Shown: piece after piece, positions 31,233 through 41,546 of the stretch | Layout: each line of letters begins with the position of its first letter | Position numbering within the stretch: the stretch's first letter is position 1 | NCBI GenBank assembly: GCA_963676795.2 | Contig: CAXXTB010000001.1 | Coordinates: 1,088,001 to 1,152,000, forward strand | Length of the DNA: 64,000 nucleotides | DNA from: Geopsychrobacteraceae bacterium | Lineage (GTDB): Bacteria; Desulfobacterota; Desulfuromonadia; Desulfuromonadales; Geopsychrobacteraceae | Direction of reading: 5' to 3' | Translations under genes and position numbers: made by a program | The notes under the pieces: model-generated | What the model was told of the DNA's origin: nothing | The model's database searches: none | The model's input: the letters and a program-made list of their open reading frames with translations, nothing else

Positions 31233-31533
31233 CTCTTGCCGTGAATGGCGAGCCCTGGTTCGCCATTCATAATTTAGTTGTTTCAATTTTTAAAAAATTA
31301 AGTTTAAATAAGAATTGTCGCTTGTTGCCTGGCTGTTGTGAAAAACTCAACGGTTTTATTATGTTTGACGAGTAGAGGGGATTGGGGGGGCTCTTATCCG
31401 ACTTAACTCATTCTGCCACGAATGAATTGGGAATGTTGTACAGCTTCCTGTATTGATGAGTTATAAGAACCAACTCCTTTTCAGTTTTCACCCTCAACGC
31501 GTATTGTGGATTTTTCTTCAGGAGAGGTGTTTC

Positions 31534-32589
31534 ATGAGAGGGAATCGAGTATCATTCTGCCAGTTTGCGCTGCTTTTTATCTTTGCCATTTCGGCCCTTG
31601 TGCCTCAGCCTGCTTCTGCTGCCAGCGTGACCTTGAGCTTCAGCAGCCATCATCCCGGCGAGGATGTGCAGAGTAAACTGCTGGCCGAGTGGATGAAAGA
31701 GGTCGAAAAACGAACCGGTGGCAAAGTTCAATTTGAGTTCTTCCCTGCGGAATCCAAGATCAGCGGTCCTCAAACCTACAACGGGGTTGTGCATGGTTTT
31801 GTCGACATCGGTTTTTCGGTTATGCAATACACGCGCGGCCGTTTTCCGCTGCTGGACTTTATCGACCTGCCGCTCGGCTATCCCAGTGGTAAAGTCAATA
31901 CCGCAATCATCAACGAGGTTTTTGATAAATTCAAGCCGGCTGAGTTTGACAAGGTCAAGGTCCTCTACCTGATGGCACCGGGTCCCTTCTATCTACATAC
32001 CGTGGGAGAGCCGATTCGCAAGGTTGCCGACTGGAAAGGGAAGAAGTTTCATTATCTCGGTATCGCCGACGAAATTGTCAAGGCCATGGGAGCGACTCCC
32101 GTCTCCCTGCCGATGCTGAAACTTTACAAGTCGCTGCAGGATGGTGTCGTCCAGGGGGGGCTCTGGGATTATTCCGCCAGCGTTGACTGGAAGTTTGCCG
32201 AGGTTATTGACAACGACATTATCTGCGATACGATCACCCACTCAACCGGCCTGTTTGTCATTATGAACAAGGAGCGTTGGGATAGTCTCGATCCTGATGT
32301 TCAGCGAGTCATGGAGAGCCTGGCACCTATCTGGGCTGCCAAGCATGGCCAGGCCTGGGATGATGCCTCAGCGCGCGGCCTGGCTTACAGTAAAAAACTT
32401 GGGCGCAACATCATCACCATTGATCCCGCCGAAGCCAAGCGCTGGAGAGAGCAGGTGCAGCCGGTTATTGACGCCTATGTCAATAATACGGAAAGCAAGG
32501 GGCTGCCAGGGACTGAGGTCATCAAATTTGTCGAGAAGTGTCTGACTGACGCAAAAGCCGGAAAATTCAAAAGTCAATATATGAACTGA
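31534..32589 (+). CDS. TRAP transporter substrate-binding protein (DctP family), paralogue 2
   Basis: GGAGAGG RBS, signal peptide; shares GFVDIGFSVMQYTRGRFPL with paralogue 1. Confidence 0.9.
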   Translation: MRGNRVSFCQFALLFIFAISALVPQPASAASVTLSFSSHHPGEDVQSKLLAEWMKEVEKRTGGKVQFEFFPAESKISGPQTYNGVVHGFVDIGFSVMQYTRGRFPLLDFIDLPLGYPSGKVNTAIINEVFDKFKPAEFDKVKVLYLMAPGPFYLHTVGEPIRKVADWKGKKFHYLGIADEIVKAMGATPVSLPMLKLYKSLQDGVVQGGLWDYSASVDWKFAEVIDNDIICDTITHSTGLFVIMNKERWDSLDPDVQRVMESLAPIWAAKHGQAWDDASARGLAYSKKLGRNIITIDPAEAKRWREQVQPVIDAYVNNTESKGLPGTEVIKFVEKCLTDAKAGKFKSQYMN

Positions 32590-32636
32590 CAGGGTTTCCG
32601 GATCATTGCTCCCCGATCTCTCAGGTTTCTTCATCC

Positions 32637-32671
32637 AAAGCGCGGCGGATCTTTTCTGCCGCGCTTTTTTT
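32637..32671 (+). terminator. Intrinsic terminator after dctP paralogue 2
   Basis: AAAGCGCGGCGGA-loop-TCTGCCGCGCTTTTTTT. Confidence 0.75.
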
Positions 32672-32805
32672 ATGCTGAAATTTGTTCAACCCCCGAAAAA
32701 AACGTAAAAAAGAGACGTGTAATAAATTGTGAGATGTGGTATAGGTCGCTTCTGCTGCCACCCGGATTAACAAGTAACAGAAGAACAAGTGCCAGAGAGG
32801 GTTCT

Positions 32806-33633
32806 ATGCTGCAGTTTGAAGTTGCCAAAGAGAAGTGTATCCGTTGCGGCCTGTGCGCCAAGGATTGCCCCGTGGACATCATTTCCATGGACAATCGGTT
32901 CCCCAGCGTGATCAGAGAAAAGGAAGCGGTCTGTATCGGCTGTCAGCACTGCCTGGCTGTTTGCCCGACCGGAGCCCTGTCGATCCTCGGTCATGATCCA
33001 GGTGAAAGTACCGAGCTGAAGGGCAACATGCCCTCTCCAGACAAACTGGAAACCCTGATGAAAGGGCGCCGTTCGGTTCGTTATTATCGTGATGAAAATC
33101 TTGATCCTCAACTGGTTGAACGCCTGCTCCAGGTGACCGCAAATTCTCCGACCGGTGTGAACAGCCAGGAAGTCTGTTTCTGTCTGATCGACAAGAAAGA
33201 GGAGATGGATATTTTTCGTAAAGAGGTCTACGGTGAATTGGCCGCAATGTCCAAGCGGGGCGATCTGTCAGAAAAGTTCGCCTTCTTCGGCAAGTTTTCC
33301 GACCTCTGGTTTGAGAATCAGGTTGATGTCATCTTTCGTGGGGCTCCCCACCTGCTTGTCGCAACCGCTCCAAATGATTGCGTGACACCGATCCCCGACT
33401 GCCTGATTGCCTTGACCTACTTCGACCTGTTTGCGCAAAGTCTGGGGATTGGAACTGTCTGGAACGGTTATGCCAAGTGGGCTATTGACGATGTCGTTCC
33501 GGCACTGCGCGACCGACTCGGAGTTCCCAAAGATCATTTTCTTGGCTATGCCATTTCCTTTGGCCTGCCGGATGTTGAATATCAGCGCACGGTTGAACGT
33601 GAATTTCCCGAGGTCTTCCGCTTTACTCCCTGA
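32806..33633 (+). CDS. Ferredoxin-nitroreductase fusion protein
   Basis: Two CxxCxxCxxxCP motifs followed by RRSVRYY and SLGIGTVW nitroreductase motifs. Confidence 0.9.
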   Translation: MLQFEVAKEKCIRCGLCAKDCPVDIISMDNRFPSVIREKEAVCIGCQHCLAVCPTGALSILGHDPGESTELKGNMPSPDKLETLMKGRRSVRYYRDENLDPQLVERLLQVTANSPTGVNSQEVCFCLIDKKEEMDIFRKEVYGELAAMSKRGDLSEKFAFFGKFSDLWFENQVDVIFRGAPHLLVATAPNDCVTPIPDCLIALTYFDLFAQSLGIGTVWNGYAKWAIDDVVPALRDRLGVPKDHFLGYAISFGLPDVEYQRTVEREFPEVFRFTP

Positions 33634-35911
33634 CCGGAAAAGCTCCTCCTGCCCTGGACAGGTGGCCGGCTACGACCGCCTGTCCAAGGGCGATGCCTCC
33701 ATCGTTGGGCGGAACAAGGCTGTGGGTAAATACTTCAAATTCACCCTGTCTCAATAAACTTACCGCCAGTTCCGTCAACAGACGATTCTGAAAAACGCCC
33801 CCCGACAGGACTACCCGGTTGATCCCCTGCTGCCTGCGAATCCTCTGGCAGATGTCGCAGAGCATATGCGCCAGCGCGGCATGAAAGCGGCCGCTGATGC
33901 AGCCCACCGGAATCTGGGCCTGTAGATCACTGACGATGGCCATCAGGGTGGTTGCCGGGTTGAAGATGAGGCGTTCTCTTTCGCACTGGATGGTGTAGGG
34001 ATAGGGCTGAAACTCGGTGTGTCGAGGAACGGCCATCTCCAGTTCCAGCGCCGCCTGTCCTTCATAATTGATCTCGTTGCGCAGGCCGACCAGCGCTGCC
34101 ACTGCATCGAACAGACGCCCGCAGCTGCTGGTCAGTGGGGAGTTGATCCCTTGTCTGATCATCTGCCTGACCAGTTTCAGTGCGGCCGGCGGGATGGTTG
34201 CCAGAAATGGCAGCTGTGGAAACTCTTCACCGTAGCAATGTAGCAGGGCGCTTATCGCCATACGCCAGGGCTGCTTACTGGCGATGTCCCCTCCCGGCAG
34301 GGGGAGATAGGCGAAGTGACCAGTCCTTTGACAACTGCCCAGGTCGCCAACCAGAAATTCTCCTCCCCAGATGTGGCCGTCGGTACCGTAGCCGATACCG
34401 TCAAAGATGACTCCGATGCAGGGTGTGCTGATTCCGTTTTCCGCCATGCAGCTGGCCAGATGGGCATGGTGGTGCTGAACCTGAACGATCGGCAGCTCCT
34501 GTTGTTCATTGGCATAGGCTGTCGAGAGGTAATCGGGGTGCAGGTCGCAGGCGATGGCCTGCGGCTGCCATTCGAGCAGCTGCTTGAGGTGTTCGACCCC
34601 GTCACGCAGAGACTGCAGGGTTCCCAGGTTTTTCAGATCACCGATATGCTGGCTTAAGAATGCCTGATTCCGGCGGGTCAGACAGAAGCTGTTCTTCAGT
34701 TCGGCGCCGAGGGCGAGGATATTCTCCTGCTGCCCGGGCAGTTTGAGGGCGCGGGGCACAATGCCGCGCGAACGGCGCAGCAGCAACGGCTTGTCGGCCA
34801 TCACCCGGGCAATAGAATCATCGCAGCGGATGTGAATCGGGCGGTTGTGGGTCAGGATATAGTCGGCGATCGATGCCAGTCGTTGCCGGGCATCGCCGTC
34901 TTCAAAGGCGATCGGTTCGTCGCTGATGTTGCCGCTGGTCATGACCAGAGTCGGCAGCTGTTCCAGCAGCAGGTAATGGAGTGGCGTACCGGGAAGCATG
35001 ACGCCGAAATAGTTGTTGCGCGGTGCGATCAGTGGGGACAGCCTATGCCCCTGTCGCTGTCTGAGCAGGACAATCGGCCGTTCAGGGCTGTGCAGCAGTT
35101 TCTTTTCGTCCGGGCCGATCTCGGCATAGGTGGCAATTCGCTCAAGGTTGTAGTCCATCAGGGCAAAGGGTTTTTCGTCGCGATTTTTCCTCCGCCGCAA
35201 TTCCGCTACGGCGGCATCATTGCTGGCATTAACCGCCAGGTGGAAACCGCCCACACCCTTGATGGCCAGAATGTTACCCTGTCTCAAAAGACTGATGGCT
35301 CCATCGAGGGGATCTCCTGTCTGGATAGTGCCGGAATGATCGAGCAGCTCTAACTGCGGGCCGCAGGCGGGGCAGGCGTTGGGCTGGGCATGGAAACGCC
35401 GGCTCGTCGGGTCCTGATATTCCCCGAGGCACGCCGGGCACATGGCAAAAGAGGCCATGGTCGTGTTGGGGCGATCGTAGGGGATGGCGGTGATGATGCT
35501 GTAGCGGGGACCGCAGTTGGTACAATTGATAAAAGGGTAGCGATAACGGCGATCCTGAGGGTCGAAAAGCTCTTTCAGGCAGTCGGGGCAGACGTCGCTG
35601 TCGGGAGCGATCTGGGCCGCAGCCTGCTGCTGCTGTTCGCTGTGGCGGATGCTGAAGGTTGATTCGTTCTTCGGCGGGATCCTGCTGCTCTGCAGTTTGC
35701 TGATGACCGCCAAGGGGGGCAGCTCGGCCTGGAGCTGTTCGCTGAACTGTTGGAGTATCCCGGTTTCACCTTCAATCTCGATCTGCACCCCTGTCGAATC
35801 GTTGAGCACCCAGCCGGAGAGTCGGTGGGTCAGGGCCAGGCGGTAGACTGTGGGGCGAAATCCAACTCCCTGAACGATTCCTTCTATGTCGATGTGCCAG
35901 CGTTCAATCAA
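33623..35911 (-). CDS. hypF: Carbamoyltransferase HypF
   Basis: GIVQGVGFRP acylphosphatase domain, zinc fingers, QHHHAH, PPNDGGIALGQ. Confidence 0.97.
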   Translation of the reverse strand: MIERWHIDIEGIVQGVGFRPTVYRLALTHRLSGWVLNDSTGVQIEIEGETGILQQFSEQLQAELPPLAVISKLQSSRIPPKNESTFSIRHSEQQQQAAAQIAPDSDVCPDCLKELFDPQDRRYRYPFINCTNCGPRYSIITAIPYDRPNTTMASFAMCPACLGEYQDPTSRRFHAQPNACPACGPQLELLDHSGTIQTGDPLDGAISLLRQGNILAIKGVGGFHLAVNASNDAAVAELRRRKNRDEKPFALMDYNLERIATYAEIGPDEKKLLHSPERPIVLLRQRQGHRLSPLIAPRNNYFGVMLPGTPLHYLLLEQLPTLVMTSGNISDEPIAFEDGDARQRLASIADYILTHNRPIHIRCDDSIARVMADKPLLLRRSRGIVPRALKLPGQQENILALGAELKNSFCLTRRNQAFLSQHIGDLKNLGTLQSLRDGVEHLKQLLEWQPQAIACDLHPDYLSTAYANEQQELPIVQVQHHHAHLASCMAENGISTPCIGVIFDGIGYGTDGHIWGGEFLVGDLGSCQRTGHFAYLPLPGGDIASKQPWRMAISALLHCYGEEFPQLPFLATIPPAALKLVRQMIRQGINSPLTSSCGRLFDAVAALVGLRNEINYEGQAALELEMAVPRHTEFQPYPYTIQCERERLIFNPATTLMAIVSDLQAQIPVGCISGRFHAALAHMLCDICQRIRRQQGINRVVLSGGVFQNRLLTELAVSLLRQGEFEVFTHSLVPPNDGGIALGQAVVAGHLSRAGGAFPVRE

Positions 35912-35928
35912 GGCAGCTCCGTCCTGTT

Positions 35929-36942
35929 TCAGCAGATACGTGGCAGTTGCTCTCCGGACAGCATGTCAACGGCGCGGCGGCCGCCAATGGCGGTCCGTAC
36001 GGCGACTCTGCCGGTCGATTCCGCGGTGACCTCGCCGATGATTGCTGCATCACCACCATAGGGTTGCGCGCGCAGAATGGCGAGGGCCGTTTCGGTTGCT
36101 TCCGCAGCAACGACGACGAGCATCTTCCCTTCATTGGCGACAAACAGGGGATCGAGGCCAAGAATCGCACAGATTCCCCTGACCTCGGTGCGAATCGGCA
36201 GGCTGGCTTCGTCCAGTTCGATGTCGACGCCCGACTGCAGGGCAATTTCTTTGAGGGTGGTGGCGACACCGCCGCGGGTCGGATCGCGCAGAGCATGGAC
36301 CTGATCGCCCAGTTGTTCAAGCAGGGCGTCGGTCATTGCGTTCAGCGGGGCGCTATCGGTGGTAATGGCGCTTTCCAGTTCGAGCCCCTCGCGTGAGGCG
36401 AGGATCGCCATGCCGTGATCCCCGAGCGTACCGCTGACGATGATCTTGTCGCCGGCCCTGGCATTGCAGCCGGCCGTCGAGATGTCACGGGTAAAGTAAC
36501 CGATCCCCGAGGTGTTGATGAAGATCTTGTCGGCTTTGCCGCGCGGGACAACCTTGGTATCACCGGTGACGATATTGACACCGGCCTGTTCGGCAGCGCT
36601 CTTCATGCTTTGCAGAATGGTTCTCAGATCACTGAGCGGCAACCCTTCCTCGAGGATGAACCCGACGCTGATCGCCAGCGGCACTGCGCCACTCATTGCC
36701 AGGTCGTTGACCGTTCCGTTGATGGCCAGGTCGCCGATGTTGCCCCCCGGAAAGAAGATCGGGTCAACCACATAGCTGTCGGTGGTGAAAGCCAGTTTCG
36801 CGCCTGGACTGTGGAGGATCGCCGCGTCGTTCTGGTCCTGCTGGGCGACACCGGAAAGAATCGGGATGATCAGCTCGTCGAGCAGTTGATGGCTGAGTTT
36901 GCCCCCACTGCCATGACCGAGAAGGATGATGTCCTGTTGCAT
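35929..36942 (-). CDS. hypE: Hydrogenase maturation dehydratase HypE
   Basis: HGSGG, TTDSYVV.P.FFPGG, RDPTRGG, C-terminal LPRIC; start MQQDII. Confidence 0.96.
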   Translation of the reverse strand: MQQDIILLGHGSGGKLSHQLLDELIIPILSGVAQQDQNDAAILHSPGAKLAFTTDSYVVDPIFFPGGNIGDLAINGTVNDLAMSGAVPLAISVGFILEEGLPLSDLRTILQSMKSAAEQAGVNIVTGDTKVVPRGKADKIFINTSGIGYFTRDISTAGCNARAGDKIIVSGTLGDHGMAILASREGLELESAITTDSAPLNAMTDALLEQLGDQVHALRDPTRGGVATTLKEIALQSGVDIELDEASLPIRTEVRGICAILGLDPLFVANEGKMLVVVAAEATETALAILRAQPYGGDAAIIGEVTAESTGRVAVRTAIGGRRAVDMLSGEQLPRIC

Positions 36943-36968
36943 ACTGTTATCCGTTTTATCCTGGCTGC

Positions 36969-38057
36969 TCAGCAGCCGTATCTGTATTCGGCGGCACAGG
37001 TCCCTTCGCTGGAGACCATGCAGGCGCCGACCGGATTCTCCGGCGTGCAGCGGGTTCCGAACAGCGGGCACTGGCGTGGTCCCAGCTTGCCCTTGAGGAT
37101 TTCACCGCAGCAGCAGCCTTTGGCTTCCCGGGCGGGTTCTATCTCAACGCTGAATTTTTGTGCCGCATCGTAGTTATGAAATTCCGCTCTGATTTCGAGT
37201 CCGCTGCCGGGGATCAGACCGAGGCCGCGCCACTGACTGTCGCAGGGGGAAAAGACCTTGGCAATCAGAGCCTGGGCCTTGGTATTGCCCTGCTCCTTGA
37301 CATAGCGGCTGTACTGGTTTTCCACTGTGCAGGCCGCTGTACAGAGCTGCTCGAGCAGCATGCTGATCCCCTGCAGGATATCGAGCGGCTCAAAGCCGGT
37401 GACGACACAGCAAACCCCGTACTGTTCGGCCAGCGGGCGATAGGCATCGACGCCGATGATGGTGCTGACATTGGCTGGGCAGAGATAGCCGTCGACCTGC
37501 AGTTCCTTGTCGGCTGTCAGCGCCGACATCGGTTCCGGCATGGTCTTGTGGGCACAGAGCACGGAAAAGTTCGGCAGATCCAGAGTCTGGGCCTGAACGA
37601 TGGCACCGGCAACTGTCGGTGTTGTCGTTTCAAAGCCGATGCCGAGGAAGACGATCTGCCTCTCCGGGTTGTTCTGGGCCAGCTTGACCGCATCCAGTGG
37701 CGAATAGACGATGCGGATGTCGGCGCCGCGGGCTTTTTCTTCGAGCAGGCTGGTCGTTGATCCGGGGACCCGAACCATATCTCCAAAGGTTGCCAGGGTG
37801 ATGCCGGGGCTGCGCGCCAGGGCAACCGCGTGATCGATATAACCGACCGGGGTGACACAGACCGGGCAGCCCGGCCCCGACACCAGCCTGACCTGTTCCG
37901 GCAGCAGTGAACGCAGTCCATGTTGGTGAATCGCCATGGTGTGGGTGCCGCAGACCTCCATCAGGGTGACCCGGCGGGGGAGTTGCTCGGCCTGTTGTTG
38001 CAGGCGTTTGATGAACTGGCGGGCGATCTGGGGATCACGAAAAACGTTCTGGTCCAT
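36969..38057 (-). CDS. hypD: Hydrogenase maturation scaffold HypD
   Basis: CGTHT, GPGCPVC, GFETT, GACMVSSEGTC motifs. Confidence 0.96.
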   Translation of the reverse strand: MDQNVFRDPQIARQFIKRLQQQAEQLPRRVTLMEVCGTHTMAIHQHGLRSLLPEQVRLVSGPGCPVCVTPVGYIDHAVALARSPGITLATFGDMVRVPGSTTSLLEEKARGADIRIVYSPLDAVKLAQNNPERQIVFLGIGFETTTPTVAGAIVQAQTLDLPNFSVLCAHKTMPEPMSALTADKELQVDGYLCPANVSTIIGVDAYRPLAEQYGVCCVVTGFEPLDILQGISMLLEQLCTAACTVENQYSRYVKEQGNTKAQALIAKVFSPCDSQWRGLGLIPGSGLEIRAEFHNYDAAQKFSVEIEPAREAKGCCCGEILKGKLGPRQCPLFGTRCTPENPVGACMVSSEGTCAAEYRYGC

Positions 38058-38060
38058 TCC

Positions 38061-38288
38061 TCAAGGCACCTCGCCGTCGGCCAGAATCTCACGGAACAGC
38101 TCAAGGGTTTTTTCCGCCTCCTGCGGATCCATCCTCTCGATGGCAAAACCGGCATGAATAAGGACAAAATCGCCGACTTCGACGCCGTCAAGCATCATCA
38201 GGCTGGCATCACGTCTGACCCCGTCGATTTCGCAGACGGCAGTGTCGTCATTGATCTCGATCACCTGCATAGGTACTGCAAGACACAT
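38061..38288 (-). CDS. hypC: Hydrogenase chaperone HypC
   Basis: MCLAVP N-terminus; VGDFVLIHAGFAI. Confidence 0.96.
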   Translation of the reverse strand: MCLAVPMQVIEINDDTAVCEIDGVRRDASLMMLDGVEVGDFVLIHAGFAIERMDPQEAEKTLELFREILADGEVP

Positions 38289-38293
38289 AGGTT

Positions 38294-39034
38294 TCAGCCT
38301 TTCTTGACCAGATTCTGCTTGAGCCAGCCGAACCAGCTGTCCAGCCCTTCACCACTGCGACAGGAGAGCTCGATGATCCCGATCTGCGGATTGACTTTGC
38401 GGGCGGCAGCCTTGCAGGCTTCAAGGTCAAAGTCGAGGTAGGGGAGCAGGTCGGTCTTGTTAATCAGCATCAGATCGGCGGCCTGGAACATCTGCGGGTA
38501 CTTGAGCGGTTTGTCTTCCCCCTCGGTCACGGACAGAACGGCGACCTTATGGGCTTCTCCCAGATCAAACGCCGCCGGGCAGACCAGGTTGCCGACATTC
38601 TCGATCATCAGGATGTCGGTGGCGTCGAGATCAAAATGTTCGATCCCGTGGCCGACCATGTGGGCGTCGAGATGGCAGCCGGCACCGGTGTTGATCTGGT
38701 GGACGGGGGCTCCGGTCGCGGCAATGCGGTCGGCATCGTTGCTGGTCTGCTGATCCCCTTCGAGGACGGCAAAGCTGATCTCGTCTTTGAGCAGAGAAAT
38801 CGTCTTTTCGAGCAGGGTGGTTTTTCCGGAGCCGGGAGAGCTGACCAGGTTCAGGGCAAAGACCCCGTGGGCGGCAAAGTGTTCACGGTTGTGCGCTGCC
38901 AGGTGGTTGTTCTTGGCCAGCAGGTCTTCTTCAATTCTGATCGTTTTGCTGGTGTGATCATGGTCATGGTGGTGATGGTCGTGAGCATGGCTATGGCCAT
39001 GGCTGTGGCTGGCGCAGCCGCATTCGATACACAT
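38294..39034 (-). CDS. hypB: Nickel GTPase HypB
   Basis: N-terminal CxxCGC and His-rich tract, [25 protein letters not shown]. Confidence 0.97.
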   Translation of the reverse strand: MCIECGCASHSHGHSHAHDHHHHDHDHTSKTIRIEEDLLAKNNHLAAHNREHFAAHGVFALNLVSSPGSGKTTLLEKTISLLKDEISFAVLEGDQQTSNDADRIAATGAPVHQINTGAGCHLDAHMVGHGIEHFDLDATDILMIENVGNLVCPAAFDLGEAHKVAVLSVTEGEDKPLKYPQMFQAADLMLINKTDLLPYLDFDLEACKAAARKVNPQIGIIELSCRSGEGLDSWFGWLKQNLVKKG

Positions 39035-39036
39035 GG

Positions 39037-39378
39037 TTATTCAACCTCCATTTCGGTGATTCTCAGCTCTGTTCCGCCGGTTGTCTGAAGCAGGCAACTG
39101 TTGCATTGCGGACAGCTGAAGGTCTGATTGTCTGCAGTAAATTCGGCATGACAGTCGAGGCAGCTCTTGCGGCCGGGGATTCTTTCGATGATAAGGCGAC
39201 TTCCGGCGAGGGGGGTGTCGAGAGTGACCGCCTCAAAGCAGAATTCCATTGCTTCCGCTATGACACCGCTGAGTTCTCCAATGGCAACCGTGATCGACAG
39301 GATTTTCTGATGGCCGGAACTGCGCAGGTTTTCTTCTGCGATTTCAACCAGGTTGCGGGTGATACCAACTTCATGCAT
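39037..39378 (-). CDS. hypA: Nickel metallochaperone HypA
   Basis: MHE N-terminus; two CxxC motifs. Confidence 0.95.
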   Translation of the reverse strand: MHEVGITRNLVEIAEENLRSSGHQKILSITVAIGELSGVIAEAMEFCFEAVTLDTPLAGSRLIIERIPGRKSCLDCHAEFTADNQTFSCPQCNSCLLQTTGGTELRITEMEVE

Positions 39379-39491
39379 AGCGTTATTATTTCTGATCCAG
39401 GATAAAATAATTGTAACTAGTGTGCAGACCGAATCTGTGTTTTCCTCTGAGAAAGCATCCTGTCTGCTGTCCTTCTATACTACTTACATAC

Positions 39492-39507
39492 TGCAAAAAG
39501 ACTGCCG
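39492..39507 (-). promoter_or_regulatory. Sigma54 promoter candidate for hypABCDEF
   Basis: Minus strand CGGCAGTCTTTTTGCA, matching GG-N10-GC, about 115 bp upstream of hypA. Confidence 0.55.
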
Positions 39508-39719
39508 TGTCGATGGTAAAGCAATAATCGTAAGTATACTTACTAATATCGCTTGGGTGAACCCGCTTTTTGGGTGGATGTGATGCAGTACGGATGCTGA
39601 AAGAAGCCATGAGGCGCCTTCCGGTAGACCGTCTGAACCTATGACCAGCTGAATTGTGGAGCAGAACAAGGCCGTAGCCGGTTTTTTGATCTGGTCGCGG
39701 GGAGACTGATGGCTTTTGG

Positions 39720-41000
39720 TTAGTATTGAATTTTTTGCGCAATCACTTCGAGGTAGCGTGATTTGACCTGTTTGATGGCCAGTGCTTTCTTGACCGGTGG
39801 CAGGCGCAGAATTCCACCCAGGATTGCCGCCAGGGCCCGATGACTGAAGAGTGCCCGATTATCGAAGATCAGATTCTGTAGCTTCCCTCGTTCCAGAGCC
39901 ATGATCAGGGCTTTGTGGATGCCGTTCAGCGGTGTCAGTACCCGTTCTTCCCGTTGTTTTATCGCAATCCCCTGCGACGGGCAGTTGCGGATACAGAGAC
40001 CGCAACCGAGGCAGCGCTGCTCGATCAGGGTCAACTGGCGGCGCTTCGGCTGGTGCGGATCGTTGGCCGAGGTCATGGCCAGGGCTTCAACCGGGCAGAT
40101 GTCGACACATTTGCCGCAGTTGGTGCAATTCTCCTGAGAGATTTCGGGGATGAAGTTGGTCGTATGGACCGGGTTCATGATAGCGAAGCGGCGCGCTGCG
40201 ATCATCGCTTCACAGCAGCAGCCACAGCAGTTGCAGATGAAGTTGACCTCTTCGCGGACGTTCTCCCCGAATTGGACCAGATTGTGCTCATAGGCCTGGT
40301 TGAGCAGGTCGAGGCATTCGCTGATCTCGACCCGCCGGGCGTGGCCATGCTTGATCAGTGATGCGGCAGAGGTGTTGAAGGTCATGCAGATATCGAGAGG
40401 TGCCGCGCAGGCTTTGTCAAGATGCAGCATCTTATGGCGGCAGTAACAGGTTCCGATGGCAATATGGCTTGCTGTCTTGATGACTTCGCTGGCACGTTCA
40501 TAATCGAGAACATGCAGAGCGTCATCACTGGAGAGGATCGGTTCGTGGATAAAGGTTCGTCCCAGCTGGGTGTCCCCTTCGGTAAAGAGTTCACGGATGA
40601 AATCTTCCTCTACGTTCATATATTGATAGAACAGTTCGCTCAGGACTTTCTGGTCGATATCCCCCCGGGTGCGCATCAGGGAAAATTCAAAGAATCCTGC
40701 CATCGGCGGCGGTAATACGTAGAACTGCCGGCCGTTGACCTCCATGTCGACCAGTATGGCGCGCCCGGCCAGCTCATCGAGGATCTTCTGGCTTTCCTGT
40801 CTGCTGAGTTTCCAGACCTGGCTGGCTTTTTCCGGGGTGAAGGGTTTGATCGGTAACTGGGCAACCAGCTCAGCTTCCTTTTCACTGAACAGAATACTGA
40901 GAATCCGGTAGAGGGCCTGTGATGGAGGTGCTCCCTGGGGGAAGCGATTCAGGCGTTCGACAAGGCTGGAATATCCTGATTTCAGAGTATGGTGAGCCAT
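39720..41000 (-). CDS. Fe-S protein with CNCCxCCC motif and 2x[4Fe-4S] domain
   Basis: CYCR, ICNCCGCCC, CTNCGKCVDICP, CLGCGLCIRNCP. Confidence 0.85.
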   Translation of the reverse strand: MAHHTLKSGYSSLVERLNRFPQGAPPSQALYRILSILFSEKEAELVAQLPIKPFTPEKASQVWKLSRQESQKILDELAGRAILVDMEVNGRQFYVLPPPMAGFFEFSLMRTRGDIDQKVLSELFYQYMNVEEDFIRELFTEGDTQLGRTFIHEPILSSDDALHVLDYERASEVIKTASHIAIGTCYCRHKMLHLDKACAAPLDICMTFNTSAASLIKHGHARRVEISECLDLLNQAYEHNLVQFGENVREEVNFICNCCGCCCEAMIAARRFAIMNPVHTTNFIPEISQENCTNCGKCVDICPVEALAMTSANDPHQPKRRQLTLIEQRCLGCGLCIRNCPSQGIAIKQREERVLTPLNGIHKALIMALERGKLQNLIFDNRALFSHRALAAILGGILRLPPVKKALAIKQVKSRYLEVIAQKIQY

Positions 41001-41306
41001 AGCACCTCCGGGTCAGAAGACAGACATTGCCATTGAATATTGTGAAGTTAGCCGTTAATTCCCTGTGAGTCAATTTGCTTCTTCAGTTGACTGCTCTGTT
41101 CAACTCAGGTCTGAATATAATCAAAAATATAGCAAAATCGACAAAATCGAAAAATTGATATAAATGAACATGAAAAGCTTTATAAGAAGGATTTGGTGCG
41201 GTATTTTAGATTGGAAATCATAGGGAGTAGAGGTTTGAGAAGCAAAAGAAAAGCCGCATGGTTTCAACTCATGCGGCTCTGGGTGTGCAGGGGACAGGCA
41301 GGTCGT

Positions 41307-41486
41307 TTACAGTTCTTTCGGGCGGCAGACATTTTTAGCATCGTGAACTTTGGCTCCGCAGTTGGTACAGACATAGCGAGGATTTTCAAACATCTTCTCC
41401 AGATCCGGATGTCTGGGGTTTGCAGTGAACTGGCAGACGTGAAGATCACAATGTTCTTCAGGGTTGTCACAGCTCCATTCCGTCAT
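41307..41486 (-). CDS. Small Cys/His-rich protein (59 aa), possible metal binder
   Basis: Strong AAAGGAGG RBS; CDLHVC...YVCTNCG...NVC.P. Confidence 0.7.
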   Translation of the reverse strand: MTEWSCDNPEEHCDLHVCQFTANPRHPDLEKMFENPRYVCTNCGAKVHDAKNVCRPKEL

Positions 41487-41546
41487 AACTGACCTCCTTT
41501 TCATTGTGTAAGATCGTGGGGCTTAAGTCGGGTTCTACTCTTCTTA

